A stretch of 64,000 bases of DNA from a virus (IMGVR_UViG_2681812962_000001:1-64000), one strand, 5' to 3'; positions 30,558 to 41,760 are shown, counted from the stretch's first letter. Translations and numbers: made by a program. Notes: generated by a model from the sequence alone, not told the origin.

Positions 30558-30783
30558 ATTTCAACTGGTCGTTAATCTTGGTGATCTCAGCACTAACTGT
30601 CAAAATGGTGTCCCTAATTTCTGCTAGAGCTGGATCACTTAACAGTGGTTTATTTAAATATTCCTCTAGCTTAAAAAGGACTCCGTTGTTTTTCTTGCTC
30701 AGTCTGCTGCAGAAAAGATACAGGGACTCATCCTCGAGTTTTCCAGAAGAGGGGTTGTGCTTTGAAATCCAATGATTACTCAT
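30529..30783 (-). CDS. yomY: Small conserved protein
   Basis: EIRDTILTVSAEI; synteny. Confidence 0.6.
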   Translation of the reverse strand: MSNHWISKHNPSSGKLEDESLYLFCSRLSKKNNGVLFKLEEYLNKPLLSDPALAEIRDTILTVSAEITKINDQLKCGDENKGLL

Positions 30784-31175
30784 AGGAAATCCTCCTCGTT
30801 GTTCATAATCAAAACTCTTAGAGCGTCTTTATCTTCAGCTATCGAACTTTCAATTGATCTAATCTGAGCACTGTAATTCCTGAATCCGATGTCACCGTTG
30901 AACGGTTGATATACTCCTTGAAAAGCAGTTAATTGGTTCTTACGAAAAATTAACTTAATGAAGTAGGCTAGGATCAGCAGTTCACTATCGCTTAAAGCCT
31001 TATTAATAGTTTCTGATGCATCATCACAGGTAATAGCGGTATCCATCTTATTATTGAAGTGCTTAACGCCATTGTGAATGGTTGCATATACCTTTTCTTC
31101 TGACTTAGGTAAGTCGATTTCAGGAAATTGCCCATTGTCCATAAAAGCTGTCCAGATTTGATCGTAGGTAGTCAT
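30780..31175 (-). CDS. yomZ: Putative head-tail adaptor
   Basis: MTTYDQIWTAF..HFNN..YQPF; synteny. Confidence 0.65.
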   Translation of the reverse strand: MTTYDQIWTAFMDNGQFPEIDLPKSEEKVYATIHNGVKHFNNKMDTAITCDDASETINKALSDSELLILAYFIKLIFRKNQLTAFQGVYQPFNGDIGFRNYSAQIRSIESSIAEDKDALRVLIMNNEEDFL

Positions 31176-31190
31176 ATAATGACCCCCTTA

Positions 31191-31661
31191 TTATTCAAAG
31201 AGAAGAGAAGGGTCGCCATTTGGAACTTCCATCCACTCTGCTAAAAACTTAGCTTTGCTAGCTGTGAGATCCATCTTTTGAGCAACATCGATTACGAATT
31301 GTTTCTCTTCTTCTACTGTTATCTTGCTTAGCTTACTCTTCATAGCATTTACGTTACCTTTGAGAATGGCTTCGATTTCTTCCTCTGTATGAGTATTCGA
31401 AGTGTATGTCTCTTTGTCCAAGATATTATCTACAATTTCTGTAACATCAGCATTTGCTTTGTCTTCTACAATGTAGAGTTCACCTTCATCAAAACAACGA
31501 GAATTCATTGTGAGCCACTCAACAACTTCTTGTGGAATATCTTTAGAATCAATCTTCCCGTTTTTGCTACCATTCCAAGTAAACACTCTACGAGATCCAT
31601 CTGCTGTGTAATTAACTACATAAGGGGTGTTACGTCTTCTAGCTACTTTAATTTTGCTCAA
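31191..31661 (-). CDS. yonA: Conserved head-region protein
   Basis: [25 protein letters not shown]; follows capsid gene. Confidence 0.7.
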   Translation of the reverse strand: MSKIKVARRRNTPYVVNYTADGSRRVFTWNGSKNGKIDSKDIPQEVVEWLTMNSRCFDEGELYIVEDKANADVTEIVDNILDKETYTSNTHTEEEIEAILKGNVNAMKSKLSKITVEEEKQFVIDVAQKMDLTASKAKFLAEWMEVPNGDPSLLFE

Positions 31662-31722
31662 TATAATATTCCTCCTAAATAATCCTAGTAATAGGCAGGG
31701 GGGAACCCTGCCCGATGGTTAA

Positions 31723-32739
31723 TTAAAGTTGTACAGCTGCGTCTTCTTTAACTAGTCCGATCGCTTCACCAAATACCATAGTTACAGAAGCATCTTGAGT
31801 TAGTTTCATTTTAATACGTTCATCTTCCATGTCTGTTGCAGTAGTTTGTTTCAACCCGCCGTATTCAACAACACTGAATGGTTTCTGAGAAACACCACCG
31901 GCAAACATGAAGCCTTTGTTAACTGGCAGCTCTGTTTTGGAGTTAGTTTCGTCCAGGAATGGATTCACTAAAGTCACTGCAGTTGTACGGCCAATAGTAG
32001 TAGGGTTAAGTGCTGTTAGCAATTCTTTCTTAATATCATCTGTAAGCAATTTATTGAAAGTATTGTCTGAAGCTTGTTGCATAGCAAAGTGATCTACAAG
32101 CAATGCATCGCCAATGAAGACGGGGCGGCCACCATACCGCTGTAGGGTAGATGCTACTTTGTTGTATTGAGTAAGAGTTAGGTTGGATCCAGCTGCGATG
32201 TTGGCTGCAGGGATCTTTCCAGATGCTCGAGCAGCTTCAATAAGCTTGTAGATATTATCCAAGTAAAGACGAACTTTAGCCTGAGCTACATCATTGACTA
32301 ACTTGTTGAAGAACTCTACGGAATCACGTACAAGGTCAAGAGGCTCATAGTAGAAACCAGTAGATAGATGCTGTGGCTCAAGAGTTACAGTTTTACGACC
32401 TTCAACTCGGACTAGGTCAACGCCAGAACCGGTTGCCGACCACATAACCTTCGCTTTGTTTTTCTGAGGGATCTTAAGCTGCTTGAACGTTCCAGGAGCG
32501 GCTGTATCAAGATCTGCCATAATACCAAGGATGTCTGTAACAACTGGCTTTGCAATTTGATCAGCTTGTTCGACAACCAGGTTGTTAAACTGATGCAACA
32601 TAGAGGGATCTGGATTTGTATAACCATCATTAAAGACTGCTTTGATGTAAGACTTAATGTCTGCTTTATCTGTTTCTTGCATTTGGTTTTGACGAACGCG
32701 GCTCATAAGAGCTCGCAATTGACCAGTATTTAGTTTCAT
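31723..32739 (-). CDS. yonB: Major capsid protein
   Basis: PDPSMLHQFNNLVV..SGVDLVRVEG resembles SPbeta YonB. Confidence 0.85.
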   Translation of the reverse strand: MKLNTGQLRALMSRVRQNQMQETDKADIKSYIKAVFNDGYTNPDPSMLHQFNNLVVEQADQIAKPVVTDILGIMADLDTAAPGTFKQLKIPQKNKAKVMWSATGSGVDLVRVEGRKTVTLEPQHLSTGFYYEPLDLVRDSVEFFNKLVNDVAQAKVRLYLDNIYKLIEAARASGKIPAANIAAGSNLTLTQYNKVASTLQRYGGRPVFIGDALLVDHFAMQQASDNTFNKLLTDDIKKELLTALNPTTIGRTTAVTLVNPFLDETNSKTELPVNKGFMFAGGVSQKPFSVVEYGGLKQTTATDMEDERIKMKLTQDASVTMVFGEAIGLVKEDAAVQL

Positions 32740-32784
32740 ATGTATAACTCCTTTAAGATAAAATTAATATTTTATTTGATTTAA

Positions 32785-33351
32785 TTACTCGCCTGCTACT
32801 GGAGCGGCTGCGACAGGGGAGAGGTCCTCTACTTCAAGTCGGACAATCGGTTGGCCATGAGTGTAAGCCAAATCTTCTTCGTTTGCGACCACCAAGAATT
32901 TATTCCGGGAGCCAGCGTAATCAGCGTGTGGAGCATCAGCTTTTGACACAATAAATACTTTTTCTGCGATGTCAAAGTGGGCTACCATACCATGTCCGAT
33001 AATATCTACACCATCATTTTTCTTGAATGCAGAAGTGTCGAAGCGTGTATATCCTTCTTCAAAGATCACAATACGACCGCGCTCACCCTCAGCATTATAA
33101 AAAGCGGAAAGCTCTTCATCTAAGTAACGACGTTCAGGTGCGGCAGCAAGATAGCCTTTTTTAGCTTTATCAGACAATTGCTTTGCTGTACGTTCACCCT
33201 CAGCATTAAATCCTAGTTCGACCAATGTAAAGTTGTCTACATCCTCAAGGAAAATTGCTCCATGAGCGACAGTCTTAACATGAATAGAATTCAAGTTGCC
33301 GACTGCATGTTTATCGTGTTTAATTAAGGCTTGTTGTGCTTGTGTAGCCAT
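32785..33351 (-). CDS. yonC: Head decoration/capsid-associated protein
   Basis: GNLNS..AHGA..DNFTLVELG; upstream of capsid gene. Confidence 0.7.
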   Translation of the reverse strand: MATQAQQALIKHDKHAVGNLNSIHVKTVAHGAIFLEDVDNFTLVELGFNAEGERTAKQLSDKAKKGYLAAAPERRYLDEELSAFYNAEGERGRIVIFEEGYTRFDTSAFKKNDGVDIIGHGMVAHFDIAEKVFIVSKADAPHADYAGSRNKFLVVANEEDLAYTHGQPIVRLEVEDLSPVAAAPVAGE

Positions 33352-33379
33352 TTTTCATTCCTCCAATAATAATTTAATT

Positions 33380-34816
33380 TTACTCAGAAAAACGACTGAA
33401 GAAGTCATTTTCAGCTGGAATTAGATCTTGACGAGTACTGTTTAGTGCAAGAGTAGCAGTGCTATGAGCTTCCTCAGCTTTTACAGTTACTAGTTCAACT
33501 AGCATTGAATTTAGCTTCATTGTGGCTTGAGATGCTTCTTCGCCTTCATTAGCTGATTGAGCGACAAGTGTTTGAACTTCTTCAGTCTCATATTGCTCCT
33601 TAGCATTGAGAGCAGTGAATTTACCCTCGTAATGCTCTTTCTGACTGTTGAGCTTTTGCTCTAGCTTTTCGCTTTCGTACTTTTCTTTGTACGGTTTCAG
33701 CTCTGTGACTGCTTGGTTAAGAGATACTAGTTTTTCACTAGCGCCATTAAACTTGGCTTCAACTGAAGCTTTGTCTTCTTGAGCAGAGTTGAGCTTTGAA
33801 GTAAGCTCAGAAATCTCAGTATCCTTTTGGTTTAAAAGGTTCTGAGTTTCCTGGGGCACAACTTCTTCCCAGTTGCGCTTTAGAAAAACTTCAGTTTTAG
33901 AGTCAAAATCAATTTCTACAGCGCTCTCTGATTTTGAATAGTTAAATTTAAAATACTTGTCATATGCGTCATCTTCAGACCAACTGTAGATGTTTGCAAT
34001 GAAATAGTTATCGAATGTATCGCTGATCCAGACATCTTCTTGCTCGGCCAGCTTTTCACTGAATGCTTCATAAATTTTCGAACGAATGTCATCATGTGAC
34101 AGTTCAAAAGTCTTTTTGAATTTCACTTTTTCACTCTCCTTAGTATTATTTTGATTAAGTGCCTGAGCCACAAGTCTCTCAAAACCTGCAAATTCGTTAA
34201 AACTTACAAGCTTAGAAGAATCATAGGCCGGTAGCACAATAGAATGGTTACCACGGTTCTCAGAGTTCAGAACACAGTGACCATCAAAGATGATAGGTGA
34301 GAGAATATGCTCCACACCATCAACAAATGAATAATTTTCATATAGAAACTCGCAGCTTGAATGTACCTCAATTCCTCTTACATGCCATTCCTTCAGTAAT
34401 TCACATGCATCAGGAAACCGAGACTTCCACAAAACTCCATCAGCTAGAAGTACTTCTTTTTCTCCATCTTCTGTTTGAATAGTTCCTTTGTATCCAGGGG
34501 TAGTGAAAGTGCCAATTGGAGTGGTATTAAGTTTTAAGCGCTGTTCGCCATTCCGGTTTGTGGAAAGGAATTCTTCATGGGATCCTAATGCATCTGTGGG
34601 AGATCCGGGTTCTTCGACCTGATAGTACCTAGTCACGATGGGTTTATTTAGAAGGGTGTTTGCTGCTTCCAATGCTACTTCCTCGGAAACAATGGCATTA
34701 TTATTACTAACTTCAAAATCAATGATCGAGAAGGTAACTGGAAGGAGAGTGGGGTCATTAGATTGCTTAATTTCATTCAAGCGGAGCTGAAGAGTTTTCT
34801 TTTTCTGCTTTTTCAA
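33380..34816 (-). CDS. yonD: Prohead protease/scaffold protein
   Basis: LLNKPIV, HEE, SSCE protease-like N-half plus coiled-coil C-half. Confidence 0.75.
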   Translation of the reverse strand: MKKQKKKTLQLRLNEIKQSNDPTLLPVTFSIIDFEVSNNNAIVSEEVALEAANTLLNKPIVTRYYQVEEPGSPTDALGSHEEFLSTNRNGEQRLKLNTTPIGTFTTPGYKGTIQTEDGEKEVLLADGVLWKSRFPDACELLKEWHVRGIEVHSSCEFLYENYSFVDGVEHILSPIIFDGHCVLNSENRGNHSIVLPAYDSSKLVSFNEFAGFERLVAQALNQNNTKESEKVKFKKTFELSHDDIRSKIYEAFSEKLAEQEDVWISDTFDNYFIANIYSWSEDDAYDKYFKFNYSKSESAVEIDFDSKTEVFLKRNWEEVVPQETQNLLNQKDTEISELTSKLNSAQEDKASVEAKFNGASEKLVSLNQAVTELKPYKEKYESEKLEQKLNSQKEHYEGKFTALNAKEQYETEEVQTLVAQSANEGEEASQATMKLNSMLVELVTVKAEEAHSTATLALNSTRQDLIPAENDFFSRFSE

Positions 34817-34845
34817 TAATTATCACCTCCTTGAAAGCAGAAAAA

Positions 34846-36348
34846 CTACTCACTAGGAGTATTATTGGAATCAGTTGTAGCAGATTTTATAGTGTTGGGA
34901 TTTTCTGAGGTTTCGCTTGAACTTCCTTTGCCAGCATTACCACTCATTACGGATGAGGTCATATAAGGCTTTATTTTCTCTTGCAGATGAAGTACATCAG
35001 TTTCATAAAGAGTTTGTTCAAGGAAGGTATCCCAATTGACTCCTGGCAACTTGTCGACGAGATGCTTAATAGAAAAGCCTTTGTCCACCAGTTTGGTAAG
35101 CACCTCAATGATTTCTTTAGCTGAAAGTGGTTTTTCTTTGTCATAGATAATGGAGTAGTTATCTAACTGGCTATCAGGAACAATTAGGTTAATTAGCTTT
35201 TGATAGATGTTTTCAACGTCCTCGAGCATGACTCCCAGTCTCTTATAGAAAAGATCCAACTTAGTATTTCCTGAAGCGTAGTTGTCACCAGTGCTACTAA
35301 GGAGGCCGTAGGAGGACTCAATGTCTTTATTTATATGGTCAAATTTCTTTCCATCTAAGCCATCTACCTTAACATCCGGGAATTCAATAGATGCAAAATC
35401 CGGGATAGAAACTACATTGACGCCATCTTTGTTGTTAGCTTCTAAAGCGGACTTAACGCCACCATGAATCTTCTGTTTTATTGCTTTATTTAATTCCAGG
35501 TTACTATATTTGCCATTATTCTTATCTGACCCAATAGTAACCACAGCTACAGCGTTTATGATCTTGTTAGCAATCGATCTCTCTACATCTTTCAACTTTT
35601 TCTTATGTTGTACATCGAATAGGCCAGAGGTAATCCAAGATGTTCCTTTAGATTGGTTTCTCTTTAAAGCGCCAGTTGTGATGGAAAATGTACGCTCTTG
35701 AGGCAACTCGACGTATTGTTTATCTGGATCCTTCTTAAATTCATCGTAATGCTGCTGTGTCACGTAAGGGGTGAACATCCTAAACATAAGCTTTCTCTGC
35801 TCGTCGTTAAAGGAATTAAAGAATCTCAAGTCCAGTACACAAGTCCAGTCGTTATTTTTTCGGTATAGCGGCTGAGCATATCTGGTGTCATCAAAGATAT
35901 AGGCATGCGGATTCTTTTTGTCTCCCAGCCACATGCCAACTACATTTCCAGAAGCAGCTGTTTGCTTTAAAATGTCGCGAGTCAATCTCCTATGCTGCAC
36001 TTTCTTTAGTTGCTTATGTATGGCCATTTCATGCTTGTCCGATGCTTCAGTCTTTTTGAATGACTCAATACGATAATTTAGAGTGGGGAGAGATTCAATC
36101 ATCTCAAAGAGCATGTGGATATCAGGAGAAGAAATGTAGAAGTATTGAGCTAGATTTTCAATTTCTTGCTGATACAGATCAGGATTGGCGAAGTACTTTT
36201 TAAGTTGTTCTGCAGTTACCTCAGTAATAATGCCGTTTGAAAAAAGGCGAGTTATGAAACCACTAGCGAAAGTACCCGCATATGTCTCCATGTCGTTTAA
36301 CATCAATTTGTATTCATCTGAATTTGTATCAATATCTCTAACTTGTAT
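34846..36348 (-). CDS. yonE: Portal protein (probable ATA start at 36348)
   Basis: Follows terminase; EYKLMLND..TFASGFI resembles YonE; GGAGG 8 nt upstream of ATA. Confidence 0.8.
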   Translation of the reverse strand: MQVRDIDTNSDEYKLMLNDMETYAGTFASGFITRLFSNGIITEVTAEQLKKYFANPDLYQQEIENLAQYFYISSPDIHMLFEMIESLPTLNYRIESFKKTEASDKHEMAIHKQLKKVQHRRLTRDILKQTAASGNVVGMWLGDKKNPHAYIFDDTRYAQPLYRKNNDWTCVLDLRFFNSFNDEQRKLMFRMFTPYVTQQHYDEFKKDPDKQYVELPQERTFSITTGALKRNQSKGTSWITSGLFDVQHKKKLKDVERSIANKIINAVAVVTIGSDKNNGKYSNLELNKAIKQKIHGGVKSALEANNKDGVNVVSIPDFASIEFPDVKVDGLDGKKFDHINKDIESSYGLLSSTGDNYASGNTKLDLFYKRLGVMLEDVENIYQKLINLIVPDSQLDNYSIIYDKEKPLSAKEIIEVLTKLVDKGFSIKHLVDKLPGVNWDTFLEQTLYETDVLHLQEKIKPYMTSSVMSGNAGKGSSSETSENPNTIKSATTDSNNTPSE

Positions 36349-36365
36349 TGTGCTCACCTCCAATC

Positions 36366-38144
36366 TTAATAGTAAACCAGGTCATCGTCGTCGGCTGTTT
36401 CACTGTTTTTATTTAAGTCACGTTCTAGCTCAGAAGCTATGTGATTTCCATATGAAACGCTACTGTATTTATCTTTACGTTTAGAGCGAGGCTCTTTTAA
36501 TTTAACTTGTCCGGTGTCAGGGTTTGTTTCACCTTCAAGGTTGATCATTTCGTTAATCAATGCAGTTGCCTGCGCATAAGGAAGAATCAATTGACTTTGT
36601 GTTTCAGTTGGTAAGTTCTCATAACCTTTTATTGATTTAAGAACTTCCTTACCATCATTTTCATGCATTAGAAGCTTTAATTTACCGCGTTTCAAAGCGT
36701 CTTTCATTGTAATAGCGATCTTACTGTTCAAAGAAGCATTACCTTTTATACTATAAATCACTTTTGGAGCAGAAGTGTATACACACCTAGCTTGCATCTT
36801 TTCATCATTAATACAGTTTAAGGGCTCATATTCTTTAGCTCGTTCTTTATCAAATAAAGGTTGAGAGAGAAGATCAAAGATGGCTAAACCGACGTTTTGT
36901 GTATCGAGAACTATGTAGTCACAATTAAAGTCTTCGTAAAGCTGTCTAATTCTAGTGGACTGTGTTTGAGTATGGCCTCCAACTATGCTTTCCATGTAAA
37001 CAACATGTCTTTCATAGGAACGACCTTTGCTTACAGGTACTAATTTAAGCACTGAATACACACTGGCATCATTGTCTGTGCCTTCCATAGTTGCAATATC
37101 ACAGCTAAGTAAGCGTATCTCTCCAGGCGCTTTAGGATCTGGTTTAAAGGAAGAATCTCTTAGTAACTGGTAATAATCCAGGGGATAAAGAGGGGAAGAG
37201 AGCTTTCTGTTTTTCTCCAAATCTTCAAACTTAAAGTAGGCCTTTTCAGATTCTCCAAACCAAAGAGCTTCCATCTCCATTGACCAACCAACTTCGTCAA
37301 AGTCGTCCTCAGACATCTCATCCTTTACTTGATCTTCCATTAACAATCGTTCTTTTATAGCCAATTGGTAGGGAAGGCCACACACAAAGTAGCTAGAGCC
37401 ATCCATCATTGATTTGTAATAGGTAAGGAAACGGTTATATGACCAGTGCACCTTGTACCAACAGGAGGATAAATATATCTCTTTGTTGCGCTCTGTGAGG
37501 TGGGCATACTCGTCTTTTTGCAGATATCTAGGGGAGCGGGGAGCTGTTAGAAACTTTCGGAGTACTTTAGAGATGATCTGAAAATCAACCATTCTAAACT
37601 CATCAACAATTAGCAAATTGGCTCGCTTAGAACGCGCTCCATCGTTTGAAGCTACAATTTTGATCCAGCTACCATTGTGGAATTCTACTTTGGGATCATT
37701 CGAGGAGGTCTTTAAATCGGATATTTCTCGAGCAAGGTTTTCAGAGTTCTTTCGCATATCATCTATTTTTTCAATGACTTCTCGTGCTTGACCCTTCGTA
37801 CCAGATGCAATTATGATCTTTGTCTCGGGGAATAATATGGCTCGAACACAGCAAAAGATAGACGTCAAAAACGTTTTACCCTGACCACGACTTGCAAGAT
37901 ACATGAAATAATGATTGTGCATCATCATGTATAATAAAATACACTGAAACAACTTAAGATTAATCCCTAAATACTCACTAACAAATCTCTGAGGATTACT
38001 TCTATAGAAAGATCCCCATACAGCAATGCCTTCCATTAAACGCTCGGACTTGGTTTTCTTGTTGAAATTACGGCCTTTATTGAATATATTTATGCCTTTA
38101 TAGGCCTTGTTTCTATCTACTTGGAAGTTTTGATGAGCGCTCAT
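36366..38144 (-). CDS. yonF: Terminase large subunit
   Basis: Walker A SRGQGKT, Walker B LIVDEF, RNase H-like DIA..KDKYS. Confidence 0.93.
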   Translation of the reverse strand: MSAHQNFQVDRNKAYKGINIFNKGRNFNKKTKSERLMEGIAVWGSFYRSNPQRFVSEYLGINLKLFQCILLYMMMHNHYFMYLASRGQGKTFLTSIFCCVRAILFPETKIIIASGTKGQAREVIEKIDDMRKNSENLAREISDLKTSSNDPKVEFHNGSWIKIVASNDGARSKRANLLIVDEFRMVDFQIISKVLRKFLTAPRSPRYLQKDEYAHLTERNKEIYLSSCWYKVHWSYNRFLTYYKSMMDGSSYFVCGLPYQLAIKERLLMEDQVKDEMSEDDFDEVGWSMEMEALWFGESEKAYFKFEDLEKNRKLSSPLYPLDYYQLLRDSSFKPDPKAPGEIRLLSCDIATMEGTDNDASVYSVLKLVPVSKGRSYERHVVYMESIVGGHTQTQSTRIRQLYEDFNCDYIVLDTQNVGLAIFDLLSQPLFDKERAKEYEPLNCINDEKMQARCVYTSAPKVIYSIKGNASLNSKIAITMKDALKRGKLKLLMHENDGKEVLKSIKGYENLPTETQSQLILPYAQATALINEMINLEGETNPDTGQVKLKEPRSKRKDKYSSVSYGNHIASELERDLNKNSETADDDDLVYY

Positions 38145-39013
38145 GATTTACCATCAATTTCTTCAGCAACAGGATCCTCAACTGTATGCTTTTTAATTTC
38201 TTCCCAGTATTCGTCTGCATATTTATTTTTAAGATTAAGCATTCTAGAGAGATGTCCCAAGAAAAAGACCCTTATATATCTTCCTATATTATCAACATCA
38301 GCCCATTTAGGATCCGGCAGGGGGACAGGCTTATCATTTTCCCATTTCTTTAGCAAAGTTCCAAAGCTCTCTTGTTCTGCAGCATTTGCTCCCGTTTCTT
38401 GAACAGGCTTTAAATTACCTGAGCCTAATAAATCTTGCAGGGTTTTAAGCTGCTGATCTACTTTTTCCTTGTTTTCTCTACGTTTCTCAATATCTAGTTG
38501 TGTAAGGCAGATTTGCTTAATTACAAGCTCCATACCTTTTGAATCTATCTGATATCTTGAAGTGAAGTCCTCATACTCGTTCTGTAGCCAAGTGTAGTCA
38601 TCCATAGAAAAGCCGCGTCCCCAGAACTTAACCAAGAGACCAGCGTTTTCTTGAGCTATCTTCTTATCTTCATCCGAAAAGTCAGCGGCAAGTCCTGTAT
38701 TAGTAGTTGCAGTGTCGCTGTCAGCCCATGTTTCAAGCCGGAATTTCTTTAATGAGATATTTTTAAAATACATTCCGAATGTATCTTTCTCGTCTGCAAC
38801 TGAAGCTTCCCAGAGTTCTCTCTTGAAAGGTCGATCACATACTCGAAGAATCTCTTTCATGGATTCCTTATCACCATGCGCATTGTCGAACTCTTGTTTA
38901 AGACAGTCTTTGCACCATGGCATTTTCTCATCTGTATGCCATTTGCTATACGACTTATAGAAATTAGCCTCATGTTTATCTCTTAAGCATTTTAAGCATT
39001 GTTTAGTGCTCAT
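38141..39013 (-). CDS. yonG: Putative terminase small subunit, Zn-finger N-terminus
   Basis: CxxC..CxxC; immediately upstream of and overlapping TerL. Confidence 0.7.
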   Translation of the reverse strand: MSTKQCLKCLRDKHEANFYKSYSKWHTDEKMPWCKDCLKQEFDNAHGDKESMKEILRVCDRPFKRELWEASVADEKDTFGMYFKNISLKKFRLETWADSDTATTNTGLAADFSDEDKKIAQENAGLLVKFWGRGFSMDDYTWLQNEYEDFTSRYQIDSKGMELVIKQICLTQLDIEKRRENKEKVDQQLKTLQDLLGSGNLKPVQETGANAAEQESFGTLLKKWENDKPVPLPDPKWADVDNIGRYIRVFFLGHLSRMLNLKNKYADEYWEEIKKHTVEDPVAEEIDGKS

Positions 39014-39220
39014 TAATAATCACCACCTATATAAAAGGATCGAAATATCCTTTAGAAAGTGCCCGGCAGAAGTGGAAAGGGGAGACCACTGCCAGACACT
39101 TGTAAAAGATATTTCGAGGTGTGAAGCGGGGAACTTAAAATAAAATCACCAATTTATCCTGTTAATGATTTATGCAGGCATGAAAGAGGGGAGGGCTAGG
39201 CTCCATCCCCTACGGTAATT

Positions 39221-40414
39221 TTATTTCACTTTATCTAAACGAATATAATACTCACTTTCTAAGCCATCTTCTTTATCAAAAACAAAGAAAGATTGAGCGG
39301 GTTTTCCGCCATAACGTCCTGAAGTAGAGTGGTCATCCGCTCCAATCAAACTTGGATTGACGTGAACTCTTGTAACACCATATTCTTTGCTGAATTTGTG
39401 ATGAATATGTCCTGTAAAGATATGCTTTGGAATTACACCTAGAAGCTGAGGAAGGCGATTTACACTTTGATTTGGATTGTCAAAGTTTCCGTGTGCATAT
39501 ACAACTTCTTCATCAAAAATCTTGTCTAAGATATAACCATCTTTGTCAGTCTTAATAGTTACATTAGGATGGTTTCTCAAACGTGCCTCCATATACCACG
39601 GAATGAGATACTCGTAATTCTCTTTTAAGCCAACTTCGTCTTTCTTGCCGGATCGACCATGGTTGCCGATGACGTTATAATAAACAACCTTAGGAAAGAT
39701 AGAGGAGAGGTGTGATACAATTTCGCTGAGAACTTCAGATACGTATTGAACTTGTTCTACTAAATCTTCGTTTGATTGCACTCTGGTGCTTATATGTATG
39801 GTACCACTAATTTGGTCTCCTAAATTAGCAACATGTAGTGTATGTATTTCGTTCTTGAGTCCATAGTCTACAATCTTTGAGACCAATAAATTAACCCTAG
39901 CATCAAATATCTCTTTATTGAATTTATTAACAGAGTTATCTACTTCCATACCGAAATGCCAATCACTGAATAAAGCTAGTCCATGCTTGACATTTTCGAC
40001 AGTTGAACTAGAGGGTTTAAAAGTAAGAGGCTTCTTTCGCTCGAGTAACTGAATCCCATCCTGCAAATCATCTCTCAATTTCTCAAATCTTGCTTGATTT
40101 CGGATAGCTTTGTTGTATTCACGTTTCTGGTCGAGCTTTCGAATTTTCTCTTTCTCTGCCTCAACCCGCATTTCTTCGTATTTATCTAGGATTTCTTTAT
40201 CGAGGTTCTTGGAAAGGATGTAATCTTTCCAATTGCAATATTCTTTAAAGGATTTGCGCCATTTTGATTCTCCATAGTTGCTTCCATATTCTTTATTTAA
40301 CAAATCAGCTATCTCATCAAAAGATGTTTTATAGGTATCTTTATTAGAGAAGAGTCGAACTTGATAGTCTAGAAAGCTTTCATTATTTCCTCTTTGTAAA
40401 ATGTCGTGAGTCAT
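39221..40414 (-). CDS. yonJ: Calcineurin-like metallophosphoesterase
   Basis: SDWHFG, LGD, GNHGR, HG, GHIHH motifs. Confidence 0.85.
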   Translation of the reverse strand: MTHDILQRGNNESFLDYQVRLFSNKDTYKTSFDEIADLLNKEYGSNYGESKWRKSFKEYCNWKDYILSKNLDKEILDKYEEMRVEAEKEKIRKLDQKREYNKAIRNQARFEKLRDDLQDGIQLLERKKPLTFKPSSSTVENVKHGLALFSDWHFGMEVDNSVNKFNKEIFDARVNLLVSKIVDYGLKNEIHTLHVANLGDQISGTIHISTRVQSNEDLVEQVQYVSEVLSEIVSHLSSIFPKVVYYNVIGNHGRSGKKDEVGLKENYEYLIPWYMEARLRNHPNVTIKTDKDGYILDKIFDEEVVYAHGNFDNPNQSVNRLPQLLGVIPKHIFTGHIHHKFSKEYGVTRVHVNPSLIGADDHSTSGRYGGKPAQSFFVFDKEDGLESEYYIRLDKVK

Positions 40415-40426
40415 CTAGTCACCACC

Positions 40427-40633
40427 TTAGTCTATAGAACTATCTAACTTATAATTTTCAAGTTCTGATGCTTCCTTGATGGTGATATCAATCATACGAT
40501 TTTCTCCTTCAAAAGCGTCAAGTATTTCTTCTAACTGGTAAACTTTGATTTCGTCATCATATTCAGTCAGGGTGCCCGCTTCTAAATCAATCTTTGCTTT
40601 TTTAAACGTTTGGGTGATGTTTTGCTTCGCCAT
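40427..40633 (-). CDS. yonK: YonK-family protein
   Basis: KKAKIDL..TLTEY..Y.L.EIL..IDITIKE; upstream of yonJ. Confidence 0.75.
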   Translation of the reverse strand: MAKQNITQTFKKAKIDLEAGTLTEYDDEIKVYQLEEILDAFEGENRMIDITIKEASELENYKLDSSID

Positions 40634-40857
40634 ATTAATTTCTCCTCCTAATTGATCCTGTATTTATTTATACTTTGTATTTAACATCTCACAAACTGAG
40701 TTGATTTATATTTGCATTAAATACATCTGTAGAATCAGCTGTATTTTGATACAAATATTCTAAAAAACCTCCCCAAATTAGAAAGGGAGATTTATTAAAA
40801 GTTTATTAGGAAAGCTAATTTTACTATTGTAAGAATCTTTACACTTCATTTCCATTA

Positions 40858-40885
40858 TTGACATACCATACCAGTGTGATATGTT
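40858..40885 (+). promoter_or_regulatory. SigA-type promoter of the lipoprotein gene
   Basis: TTGACA-N16-TATGTT with TG extension. Confidence 0.55.
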
Positions 40886-40920
40886 GGAATGGAATGTAAT
40901 GGAAGGGAAGGATTGGCTTT

Positions 40921-41721
40921 ATGAAGAAATTAACAAAGGTTTTTTATTGTAATGTCGCTCTATTATTGCTTGTGCTGTTGCTCGTAGGGTGTTCAGGCGG
41001 TACAAACGATGAAGCAAAAACTGATGCTTCAAATAGTGAAGCCACTCAAAAATCCGACGATAAAACTAACAAAACAGAAGAGAACAATCAAGTAGATAAA
41101 GATAAATCCGAATCTACAAAAGACACAGAAGTATCTGGAACAGGGAGTTCAGATGAATCTACTACAGACAGTTCTGATGCATCTACAACGCAAGAGACTA
41201 CAACAGATGAGTCCGAGAGTACTTCAAAAGGAGAATCTTCTGTAAACGAATCTAAGGAAACCTCTTCAGATGATGCAAAAAAACAAGAATCGGATAGTGG
41301 ATCTGAACCCAAAGAAGAAGATGAATTATCAAATTATTCAGCTGCTCAGATTGAATACGCCCGAGTTTGGTTACAACTTGGAACTATAAAAGACATAGAT
41401 GAATTAAATATTCGACATATTGCAGCTGGTGAATTAGTTAAACCTGATAATAATGAAAGTGCTGCTTATCCTGAAGATGTTATCCAGTTAGCAGGTGGTC
41501 GCTTAGTTGATGGTTCGGTAACATATAGTAGTAATGGTGATGGCACAATTAATGTTTACTCCGTTCCTTTGCGCTGGGATGGTGTTCCTGATGATGAACT
41601 TGGAGAAGGAGTAATTCGTGAAATAACAGAGGATATCATTAATAATACAAAGAAAGTTTCTGTTGATACGGGCAACAATGAAGAAATCATTAAGCTCATT
41701 GATTCTATGAACAGTAATTGA
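40921..41721 (+). CDS. Lipoprotein with Ser/Thr/Asp-rich linker and C-terminal globular domain (moron)
   Basis: Lipobox LLVGC; opposite strand to the late operon; own promoter and terminator. Confidence 0.8.
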   Translation: MKKLTKVFYCNVALLLLVLLLVGCSGGTNDEAKTDASNSEATQKSDDKTNKTEENNQVDKDKSESTKDTEVSGTGSSDESTTDSSDASTTQETTTDESESTSKGESSVNESKETSSDDAKKQESDSGSEPKEEDELSNYSAAQIEYARVWLQLGTIKDIDELNIRHIAAGELVKPDNNESAAYPEDVIQLAGGRLVDGSVTYSSNGDGTINVYSVPLRWDGVPDDELGEGVIREITEDIINNTKKVSVDTGNNEEIIKLIDSMNSN

Positions 41722-41760
41722 CTTAGATATCACTGTCACCGATAATATTGAGATTACTAT

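Noticed and set aside
36366-38144. Intein or intron in terminase (also checked RecD2 and capsid)
   Set aside because: Normal lengths, continuous motifs, no intein C..HN pattern
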